Part shown: piece by piece, positions 53,101-64,000 of the stretch
Numbering within the stretch: the first letter of the stretch is position 1
Layout: each line of letters begins with the position of its first letter
NCBI GenBank assembly: GCA_016748015.1
Contig: JAAOMT010000664.1
Span: 1,425,892 to 1,489,891, forward strand
From: Geosiphon pyriformis uo1
Lineage: Eukaryota; Fungi; Glomeromycota
Direction: 5' to 3'
Length of the DNA: 64,000 nucleotides
The notes under the pieces: generated by a model
Database searches by the model: none
The model's input: the letters and a program-made list of their open reading frames with translations, nothing else
What the model was told of the DNA's origin: nothing
Translations under genes and position numbers: made by a program

Positions 53101-54361
53101 TTTCATCGATTCTTTGCTGGTAGTTTAAAACCGCGTTTGAATTTTCCGAAGACTGATTATGAGGTTTTTTTATGGAAATCACTTAACATGGTGATTCGAA
53201 AAACTGTTTTCATCTATCTCACATCTTTAATCCATTTCAGGTCTTCGCAGCGCAGACCAAAAATGAGAATATAATTACAGCCGTTTTGACTCATTTGCCA
53301 GTATACCTAAGAAGGGATTTAAATACGAGAACTTTTGCTTCCATGGTTGTTCCCTACCTATTAAGAATATTGTCTCCGCCAGATATAAGACCGGTAACTT
53401 TAGCTCTTCTAAGTAAAACACACAATTAAGCACAGCGCACTTTATTCTTATATATATATCAACATATTCTATAGATCAATCAACTCCTCCTCAAGGCCTA
53501 CGAAAGAAGGATTCTTGTTCGATTAGTAGATATAATGATGACGTTTGATCTACAATATGTTAAAGAAAGAACCGAAACAGCGCAGCTAAATTATCGTCTC
53601 GAGCCGTAAGAAGGGTGGTGTGTTAAACATTCTTAGTATAAGAATTCCAGGTGTTAACTAATCAACAATTTCTTTTCTAGTCCACTCGATCATTTGCTTG
53701 ATTTCGCAGAACCAACAAATCTCAAGAATATATCACCCAGTCTCAATTCATTGAGGCAAATTATTTCTCATGAAGTAGGTTTCATTTTTGACTTTTACTT
53801 TTGACGGTTATAATGTGCATAACCTCTCAATTTTTATTACAGATTGAACTTGAAAAAATTAGAAGAACGGCAGGAACCACAACTGAAACCCCTAACACGT
53901 GAGTGAAAATTATCCAATTATGAGCCGAAGTCGAATCCTTGTCTGTTCATTTAAAGCAAAAATTCGATCTATTTAGAAAGTGGAAAAGTAAGAATGAGGA
54001 CATAGTTCTAGAGAAATCAACACCGATTGAAATTAAGGTAAAAATCTGAACTGAAAATTTTCCAAATTATTAAACTACTCGCAGGTTTTTGAATCACTCA
54101 AAATCCCCACATCTTGATATAATGCAGCCACCAATAGATTTCTTCGGCAGACCAATCACACCTAAGACACCGGTAATTAGTGAAAGTAAGTAAAAAGGTT
54201 TCGTTGATTTATTCTCAAGTTGATAATATTAATAATAATTTCCTTAAGTCAAAAGAGATGAAGTACCGAAGATATGGTTTCGGTTCAACGAGTCATCGTC
54301 CAACGCTGTCCGAACCTATATGCGGCTCAAAGATTTCCTACCGCTTGGGTCCGGTTTCTAG
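50138..54361 (+). CDS. CTF18: Chromosome transmission fidelity protein 18 (RFC-like clamp-loader large subunit), multi-exon
   Basis: LWVDKYRP; [13 protein letters not shown]; Walker [16 protein letters not shown]; EVNASDDR; Walker B LIIDEIDG; PIICICND; [11 protein letters not shown]; DFFGRPI; C-terminal [14 protein letters not shown]. Confidence 0.93.
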
Positions 54362-56049
54362 ATATTTGTCCGTACTGATACATTAAAATGGCTAGATTTT
54401 TGGAATCTTAAATGTCCAATGTTGTTGCCATAATGCCGAAGGATCAATCATAGTAGGTCTCGAACAAAATGATTTTAGATATCCTGCTTGAAACAGATGG
54501 CAAAAACACCAAGAGATACATAAAAGACAATTAATATCTACATGTGAATAAAAGCATTGCTAATGTGATTGTAAAAGTTGATAACTATAAACTTAGTACA
54601 TATTTTAACATTAATTACAGAGTAATCTTAATACAGTTGAGCTTGAATGATTTAATAATATAAATTAACTTTGATTTAAAAAGCAAATAAAAGTATAATT
54701 TAAAGTCAGTATTTAAAAAGGTTTAAAACTGATACAAAGATTTCATTTTTATAAATGTTTTAATATTTTTTTGTGTTAAATAAAATATAGAATTTTCAAC
54801 TTGAAAAAAATAATAAAACATAAAATTTTGGCTTAATTTTTTTATTGAAATATATCTTTTAAATCTTAAAAGATTGTTAACTAATTCAAATAAGTAATTA
54901 TTTTATTTTTAGATATAATTGTTAACTTAATAAATAATTTGATTATTAATTTAATTATTAATCTAATCATTAATTTTTTTTTAATAATTATATAAACAAT
55001 AAATTTTTTTGTAAAAAAAATCAATTAAAACAAGATTAAATTAATAAAAAATTATTTATTTATTGGATTTTATTATATTTTATTATTTATTTTCTTTTTT
55101 TTACTTTTATATAGTTTTATTTTTTATTTTTTATTGTTAAAATTAGTCTAAAAAGCCATTTATATGTTTTTGTAATTTTTAAATAAAGAAATAATTATAA
55201 AAGCACAATAATATTTGTTATTAATTTTAAAAATTATTAAAAAAAATAAAAATAATAATAGTAATATTATTTTGTTAACTATTTTTGTATTTTTCAAAAA
55301 AAAATTAACCATTTGTAATTTAAAGATTAATTATATTTATTGAATTTTTTTAATTTTTATTATTATTTTAATGATTTTTTTTTGCTATCTATTAACTTAT
55401 TATTCAAATTTATAACATAAAAATAATGCTTTTATTATAATTATTTATACTTATTATAATAATTAAAAAACATTTTATAACTAAATTATATTAAACTTTA
55501 GTTGAATTTGTTTTTTTATTAAAAATTAATTTAATAAATAATATTAAAACTTTTAAAACTGGTTTTTGAATAAATATTTAATTAAAACTTATATTACTTA
55601 TTTTATATATTTTTTTAATTAAGTTTATTTTAAAAAACATAATTATTATCTGATAAATATTTAAATTACCAAATTTATATTTAATTGTTGTTTATTAATT
55701 GATTAAAATCTTTTTAAAAACAAAAAAAACTATTAAATAATATTTATATTTAATAAATAATTTATATATTTTTTTTAAAATAATTATATTTAAATTAATA
55801 ATTACTAACTTTATATAAATAAATATTTTAACTGTTTTTAAAAATATATAAGTTGTTTTAAGATAAAAAATAATATTTAATTATACTTATTCAAAAATAA
55901 TATACAAAATTTAATTAAATAATTAAAGTATGCTAGTTTTAAAAAGTATTTTAGTCTAAAGCTAATCAATTTATTAGTAAAAAGTTCAGCTATAAAAGCA
56001 TTAACATAAAAGAATTTTAGGAGTGTTAAGAAAACAATTAATTATATAT

Positions 56050-56970
56050 TTGTTTCTTCAAGTTTAATTAATACAGTAGTAGATTATAATGTTTTGGATG
56101 TTAAAAAGTACTTTGATACTAATTATCAAGCTGTTTTTATCTCTATAAATTTAAGTAGTCTACTGAATACACATTTGAATTTTTTGTACAAACAAACAAA
56201 TAAAAATTATTAGAAGTTTAATTTTAAAGATTTTAATAAAATAAAATAGAATAAATTTAAAAATATTACAGTAACTAATATTGCAATGTTTTTTAATAAG
56301 TTCATAACATCTAAGAGATTCTTGAATTTGAATACAATATAGAATATTATTCATAAGATAGTATGTTTTTTGTTCAATTAAGTGTTCAAAAAAAAGTAGT
56401 TCAAAGACTTCAATAAAGTTTTTACCAGAATGTTTTCTAAGTTTTACAAATTGAAATTGTTAATATTAAAAATTGTCAAATCTTCATGTAAAAGAACTAG
56501 TGTTGAATTTATTTCTCTGATAAGCTGCTAGATATTTCTAAATAATAAGGCTTTAAGTATTTAAATATTATTGAATTCTGGTGCTGATTATAGGTCTATA
56601 AGATCTGTTTTCTTTGGTACAAAAAAAGCATATTGTGTCTTAAAGTTTGCTGAACTAATAAGAGTAGAGGAAACAGGTATTAGAACTGTTATTAACAAAA
56701 GAATAGAAAGTTTTGTTGTTAACAAAGATCACACAATTAGAAGTGTATTAGAGCATCTTTTTTAAAAGATGGTATTGGATTATTTAATGATCAATAGTAA
56801 GTTGGTTATGAATTCTGAAAAAGTAAAATATAAAGTTGATAAAATTATAAAAGATTGGACGAAAAAAAAAGCAGTATTAGACAGTATTTCTGATTTGTGG
56901 TGCCATCAATATATGCTGTTGGCTTATGTTGATGATATTGTTTTCTCTAAAGTCATAAGTATTTTTTGGT
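56050..56970 (+). mobile_element. Heavily eroded non-LTR (LINE) fragment, same family as 57398-61520, opposite orientation
   Basis: INKRIESFVVNKDHTIRSVLEHLF...WCHQY aligns with INKRMESFEMNKGHTIKSILKCLF...WCHQY of 60618-61100. Confidence 0.8.
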
Positions 56971-57397
56971 TTTTTTGGTTCTTAAAAACAATTTTATAAT
57001 AAACATAGTTATTAGACTTATTTAAAAAATCAAAGCCAATTAAAAAATATATTTAAATAATATATTTTTTTGTCTTTGTTTTTATCTTAATTTTAATTTT
57101 ATAAATAATTGTTATTTTTTTTGCTGTTTAAATTTAAAATCTAAATAAATAGTTAATTAATAAACTTATTATTAATTTTGCTTAATCACTAAAATTATTA
57201 ACATAAATAATTAAAAAATTTAACAATTTTAAAAACCTAAATATTATATTTTAATTAATTTTAACAATTATTTTATAATTAAAAAAACAAAATTGTGATT
57301 TATTTGTATATTATTGTTGTAAAATAACTAAATATTATTTAAAAAATTATAACAATTTTTTTTATTTGTATTAATTCTTAAAAATAATAGTAATTTT

Positions 57398-60300
57398 TTA
57401 TTATTATTATTTTACAAGTGAAGTCCAAACACTACCTAGTGCTATACATCAAAGAAATGACTTATACTAAGTGTGAATCATGCATTTACTACACATGACC
57501 AGCCACTCGGGCCAATCAGAACATCACTATACAGTTATATGAACAGAAACAAAGTCATTTATACCTGAGAAAAATAAGCACAATTCGTGAAAACCAAAAC
57601 GAACACCCAATGCTTCAGTGATGCCAAGCAATTTGACCACACTAGCAGAAAACCCTGAAGCCAAACCCGAAACTGTCACAAGAGCCGAACCATCCAGCAG
57701 AATTAGGTTGGCTTTCTCCATATAGGCTCAATATTTAACTTAGACCAATCAGATATTATCTCTAAAAGCGAGACCAAGAGATCTTACAAACTTAACAATC
57801 TCCAAACCAGCCATCTTTGGATCATGAAAGATGAAAACAGCTTTGCAAAATTAACTATTAAACACAAAACTCTTATAAAGGGCCATAAAGACTGAAAAAT
57901 CAGAAACACAAGATGATAACAGCTGTAATATACAAGAAGAAGAATGAGATAAACCAGAAAGAGTTTTTCAAGAATTGACATGAGAGTCCAATATATGGGA
58001 TTGAGTAGAATTGTCAATTTTATAAAAGAACACGTAATCCGAAGTCTCCACCTTGCCACAATATAAACAAAGCACACTAAGATAACATCTGTTGTAGAGG
58101 TGCTTCCGAACTGCAACAGAAAGCCAATGATGCAAAGCCTTTATGAAATAAGTACAAATGTCAGCCAAAGGTTTGCTAGTAAAACTGGTGGCCATATGCA
58201 AATTAGGATGCCAAACCAGTGAAGAGCAGAGCCAATCTACCTCAGAGAGCAAGCTATTAGCCAAAAACTTAGAGCCAAAACCAACTTCCCAATGTGTGTG
58301 ACAAATGGAGCAATAGATATCGTGAACAAAATGTCTGGAATTTCCAGAAACTACACTATTATCAACAACTATAAAATGTTCATCCAAGTGAGGAATAAAA
58401 CACCAACCAGAAAGAGAAGCAGCATCAGCAATCAAGTTAGCATGCTTATTTCCAAAAACACCAGAGTAACCTTCCACCTTGTGCCAACTGACACTTAAGT
58501 TCTTATATCTAATAATGTTTGCAATATGTCAGCGCTCTACTCAGCACTAATTGTGAAAATCTGAACACACAAGACTCAATTCAGACTTGCATGCATCCAG
58601 AGCAAATTGACTATCTAAGAACAACTAAACAGAACTAAATGCAGGAACACACTCCAAGGCCAATGTAATAGCCTGCAATTCTGTCAGAGTAGATAACATC
58701 AAACCTGAAACACTAACACCAAGACCCAAACCAATATTTTCGAAAAAAGTGGCAGCACCAGTCCTATAGCCTGTTGTGCCCAAATTCTTCAAAGATCTAT
58801 CTGTGTATACAGATATGTCACTTGATTCAACATAAGAAAAACAGTCATGAATAGAAACAAAATCATCAGAATCAAGAATGTTTAGAGAAACAGTACCATC
58901 TGAAACTAGAGGACCAGCAAGGGGAGAATTCACACTATTGAGAAAAGCCATAGCAAAGCTTGAACCACTTAGGGATAGGACCATGGGGGTCAAGCCTTTT
59001 CCACCACTTGAAGGTGTACCAATTAAATACAGCACCACAACAATTATGAAGTTGGTCCACGAAAGCAACAACAAACCTCCGGAGAGAAGGAAAAGACCTG
59101 GAAAACATTAACTTATCCAGAATGGAAGACATGGGAATGCTATTGCAGGACTGAAAAGAGTTGGCCAAAGAGCCACCCAAGAACAAATTGCAATCGAAAA
59201 GAATACAGACCATGCCCACCAAAAAGTTATTAGAAGCACTGATATGAATACAAACAGGAGAACTTAATGGATGAACAGAATGCCAACACTGGACTTGCAA
59301 ATCATGAGACCTATGCGCAAACAGGTGACCCAAAATCTTACCAGAGTTCACAAAACTGACAAGAGAGGCAACCTTGCATTCAGACTGAACTTGCAAAAAA
59401 GATTTCAAACCATAAAAAGAAGGGTAATGAAGTGTATCACTAGGAAAATTAAGGGAGAGACCAGACTTAAGCTTCAAGCCCTTATAAATCAGAGCATCCC
59501 ATTTGCTACAGACACTAACCAGAACAAAACTAAATTGTGTACGATAACTGACTATGAGTTGGAGAACTGCCAACACCAAGTATAAGAATTGTTTATCAGA
59601 GACAGTCTTTTTTAGAACCAAATTGACAAAAAATTAAATGTCCGAATGTGCTTTAACTAAACTAAGTCTTGAAAGACCTTCAGTTGAAAGAAAAATACCC
59701 AGATACCAATAAAACTTCCCCTTTTTGGCAATAGAGATGAGTGAACCACTGATAGAAAGAGAAGGACTACTGATCCAGCTATTGATTAAAATAACTACTG
59801 TTTTGTTATTATTAATTAAGATATTATTAACCTGAAAAAATTCACTGGCAATATTAAGAATATGTTGAGTAACAGTCTGACTGCTACCAACCTAAATTGT
59901 GTTATTGACAAAAGTACCAGCAGTAAAAAAAGAAGAAAGCCCAGCCTGAGATTCAGGGCAACCACTTTTGGAGACAAAATGAGAGTTTAACCTGTATCCA
60001 CATACACTTTCTTGTCTTTTAACCTTACACAATAGAGGATTGTAAAATATGTGCCACAGAAGTGGAGAGAAAACTTCCCCCTGATCCAAACCATCATAAA
60101 CATGATAACTATCAGTCAAACCAAAATCTGTCATAACTCGGTTGGTATAATCCCTGTGAATACTACCAAAAAATTGAATGAATTTGCTACACATTTTAAT
60201 TCTAATCAAACTTTTCTTGAAATGCTTTCAGCCAACTGAATCATAAGCCTTTTGCATGTCCTGCAAAACCAGCCAGAGTTCTCGGTCCTTCTCCAAGACA

Positions 60301-61520
60301 TCTTTAACTACTAAACTGATAGCAAAAATGGAAGACTGAGTAGTTGTACTCTTCAAAACCAAAAAATTGTTCCTACAAAGAACATTAAAAACACTGCAGG
60401 CTGTAGAAATCTTATCAGAGAGAACCTTGGAAAGAATCTTGTGAGCTGTCTTAAGTAATGCAATAGGACGTGTATTAGTTAAAACACTCTTCTACTTATA
60501 AGGTTTGGGAATCATCAAAACTCAGATCTCTTTCCAAGAACTGGGTACAGATTCACCAGTCAAACAAGAATTTAAAAGCATCAACAACATGTCTAAAACC
60601 AGCTTATTACAATGTTTCTAAAGTTTATTAGATATTCCTAACAAACTGGCAGCTTTGCTATTAGGAAGATCAGAAACTACTCTAAACAATTCATCGAAAC
60701 TGACTGAATTTATCACACCAGAAAAGGCTTCATCAAAAACATACTCCAATGGATAGTATTGATGGCACCAATCATCTGAGACATCATCAACTACCTGATG
60801 TTTTCTGGTCCAACCTTCCATAATTATGTCCATCTTAGACCTAATCAAATCAGGTTTCAAAATCAGTTCATTATCAACAACCAAGTAATTGAGCACCACC
60901 TTATGAAATAGACATTTAAGTATGCTTTTTATTGTGTGACCCTTATTCATTTCAAAACTCTCCATCCTTTTATTAATGGCAAAACTAATATTTGTGTCTT
61001 TAGCACATTGAGATTCAGCAAGCTTTGATGCACAATAGAATTTCCTGGCACTTAAAAGAGCAGAACAAACATGACCAAAGTCCACACCAGAAGTTATCAT
61101 AAACTGAATGACTGAAGCCCTATCACCATCCAGAAAATTTCAACATCTTATAAGAGAATTAAAACACTCAACATTCTCTTTACAAGACATCTTGATAATC
61201 CTAGAAACTAAAAGCTCCAACTTGTAAAACCTTGAAGATTCTTTGGTAAAGACTTCATCAAAGCCCCTGAACCACTTTTTTTTTGAACACTTTGTTCGCC
61301 AAAAGAACCATAATTTTGCAAATAATCTCCCACATAGCATCTAGATCTGAAAACTTTTCTGATGCACAAAACTTATCCGTAAACATTGTGGTATTATCCA
61401 ATGTAGCACACCTAAAATTAACCCATTTATTTTTATCAGCATTCTTGAAATCAAATTTCCATCTGTTTCTGTTTGTTTGTTTGCAAAAAGAGTTCAATAT
61501 ATTATCATTAATATCCAACA
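57398..61520 (-). mobile_element. 5'-truncated degenerate LINE with RT, RNase H and C-terminal CxxC; (AAT)n 3' tail
   Basis: RT motifs LQDMQKAYDSV, GLDQGEVFSPLLW and FVNNT (from FVDDT). RNase H motifs VYTDRS and STLTELQAI; CLYCG. The tail reads ATAATAATAATAA on the minus strand at ~57398-57412. Many stops. Confidence 0.9.
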
Positions 61521-61599
61521 CATAGAATAGAGGAATTCACAAGAGACTGATTGCAATTAAAATGAGAGATCAACAATTAAAATATACCAAGAAAACACT

Positions 61600-64000
61600 C
61601 CCATAACACCATCTTAGTTTATAAGCTCTATTTCTAAAAATTTCTTCTATGTAAAATGGTCTGGCCCATTTGGAATCAAATTTTCCACTCCATTGTTTTT
61701 CCACTTTGGTACAATGTAAAAGTACTTTGTCTCCAATCTTGAATTCAACTGGTTTGTCTGGTAGTTAATTATTATGTCTTTCTTTTTGTTTTTCTTGTAA
61801 CTTTTGAATGTTATCAGCTGCTCTTCACTGTTTATTTTTTAATGTTTCCATTAAGTCATATGTTCTTTTTAGCAATGTTTCCTGAAAATTGTCTTCAGTT
61901 ATTGGTTCTGTTGGATAAGTGGTGACTTCCATCTCAACTGGTAATGTTGCTGTTCTATCATATACTAATTCAAATGATGTTGCTTGTGTAGTGTCTTGCT
62001 TCATTGTCTAATAAGCAAATAATACTGATGGTATAAACAAATCCCATTTGTCCTGATTTTCTTGACTGATCTTGGCGATTGCTTCATACAATGTTCTGTT
62101 AAACCTCTCAATTAACTCATTTGTTTGTAGATAGTATGGTGATAATAATGGTTTTTTGATTCCAAATCTCTGACTTAATTTTGCTAATGTTCTGTTTACA
62201 AAGTAAGTTCCTTGATCTGATAATAGTTCTTTTAGACATTCATGTCGACAAATCAAATCTTGATGAACAAATTCGGCAACAGATTCTGCATCTGCTCTTT
62301 GAATGGCTTTTGCTTCTGGCCATTTAGTGAAATAGTCTATGGCTACTATAATATATTTGTTGCCTCTGCTGGTAATTGTTAATGGTTCGACTAAGTCAAT
62401 TCCAATGCAATCAAATGGTTGTCTCACTTTGATTGGTCTTAATGGTTCACTTGGTCTTGTTCTACCTTTTTTCTGACAAGCATCACAATTCTAAACATAT
62501 TGGATGATGTCTGGATACATTGATGGCCAATAATATCTCTTTCTGATTTTTTCCATGGTCGCTTCTTTATAAAAATGTCCTATTGTTGGGTCTAAGTGCA
62601 TGTTGAATAATATTGTTTTTTTCTCTGGTTCTGTAATTACTTTAGTTGGTTGATCTGAATTTTTTCTGTTCTTTTGGTAAAGTATATTTTGATGGTTGAT
62701 AAAATATTTTAATTGTTGTTTTATGTTCATTTGTTTTTTTTGAAATAATTTCTCCTTGAACAATTGGGTATTTATATAATATTGAAGTTGTTAGTATTTT
62801 TGTATATTCATCTTTTGTTATATTTTTGGGTTGGAATGTTTTTAGATTTGTCTTATTCATGACAGTTTGTCAGCATTTCCATTGTCTTTTCTCTTTTTAT
62901 AATGTACTGTATAATTAAATAGTGAAAGTTCTATTTTCCATCTGGCATGGCGATCATCTACAAATTCTTGTTTCTGAATTAAAGTCAATCCTTTGTGATC
63001 AGTGTACACTTCAAACTTTTGACTCAAGTATTCCTTCTATTTGATGACAGCCCAATAAATAGCTAAGTGTTCTAGTGCTGGAGTTCCATAGTTTTTCTCA
63101 GCTGGACTTAAGCTTCTACTGGTGTAAGCTACTGGATGTTTTCTTCTATTGGGTCTTTTCTGTGAGAATACTGCTCCCAATGCTTGGCCTAATGCATTAG
63201 TAGTGATTATAAATGGTTTGCTGTGGTCTGGATATATCAATACTGGAGCTTGAATAAGCTTTCTTCTTAATATATCAAAAGCTTCTTGTTGAGTTTTTGT
63301 TCATTTATACTTCACATTCTTTGTTTAGAGTTGATGTAGTGGTTAAGCTATTTTGGAAAAATTCTTAATGAAGTGGTAGTAGTATTCAGCAAATCTCAAG
63401 AATGCTCTTAATTCCGTAAGATTATTTGGTACTGGAAAGTTCTTAACAATCTCAATCTTGTCTGGATCTGTTTTTATTCCATCTTTGCTTACCACATGTC
63501 TCAAAAACTTGAGTTCAGTTTTTTCAAAGAAACATTTAGTCGCATTTAACTTTAGTCTGGCTCTTTTTAATCTTTTAAACACTTGTTGGAGATAATACAG
63601 ATGATCATTGAATGTTTTTGAGAACACATTGGTGTTATTCAAATATACAATTACTGATTTCCATAGTAATCTAGTATAGACAATTTTTATGAGCTGTTGG
63701 AATATTGCTAAAGTGTTCATTAAGCCAAATGACATGACTTCAAACTCAAAATTTCTCTCTTTTGTGGTAAATGCTGTTTTCTCTTTGTTGGCTGGGTTCA
63801 TGGTTACTTGCTAGTAGCCACTATCTAAATCCAGTGTTGAGAACTATTTATTTTCTCCAAAAGCATTAAATAGTTCTTAGATCTTTGGAGTTAGATAGCT
63901 ATTACCTTTGGTCATTCCATTCAGTTTCTGATAATCTACACAGAAATGGATCTTTCTATTCTTCTTCCGAACTAGTACCACTGGTGATGACCATGGGCTC
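61600..64000 (-). mobile_element. Degenerate Ty3/Gypsy pol (RT - RNase H - integrase), runs off the window end
   Basis: SPWSSPVVLV, KTAFTT, YLNNT (from YLDD), FLRHVVSKDGIKTDPDK; RNase H FIITTNA...AEKNY; integrase zinc-binding region, IGIDL...DYFTKWPEA, SDQG, IERFNRTL; GPF motif near 61660. Confidence 0.92.

Overview
AT-rich eukaryotic (fungal) genomic DNA with short GT-AG introns. The BTB-BACK-TLDc, Sel1-repeat and lipase-3-like families and the decayed LINE/Gypsy elements point to Glomeromycotina (Geosiphon pyriformis-like); this is an inference, not verified. CpG-containing gene islands alternate with extremely AT-rich, TE-derived deserts. Housekeeping genes: GYP1-like Rab-GAP and CTF18 (with MCB boxes upstream). 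Accessory content: (i) an inverted pair of BTB-BACK-TLDc genes, nearly identical except for a hypervariable C-terminal TLDc patch, plus a third decayed copy; (ii) four secreted or membrane-anchored class-3-lipase-fold genes that all lack the catalytic serine; (iii) an unannotated 2-exon, 78-aa secreted, Kex2-site, 6-Cys peptide; (iv) a decayed Fanzor2/IS607-TnpB-type nuclease; (v) a Sel1-repeat gene; (vi) a young Tc1 (DD34E), two MITEs, a DDE transposase relic, solo-LTR-like repeats, two LINE copies and a Ty3/Gypsy pol. All exon models and alignments were done by hand.
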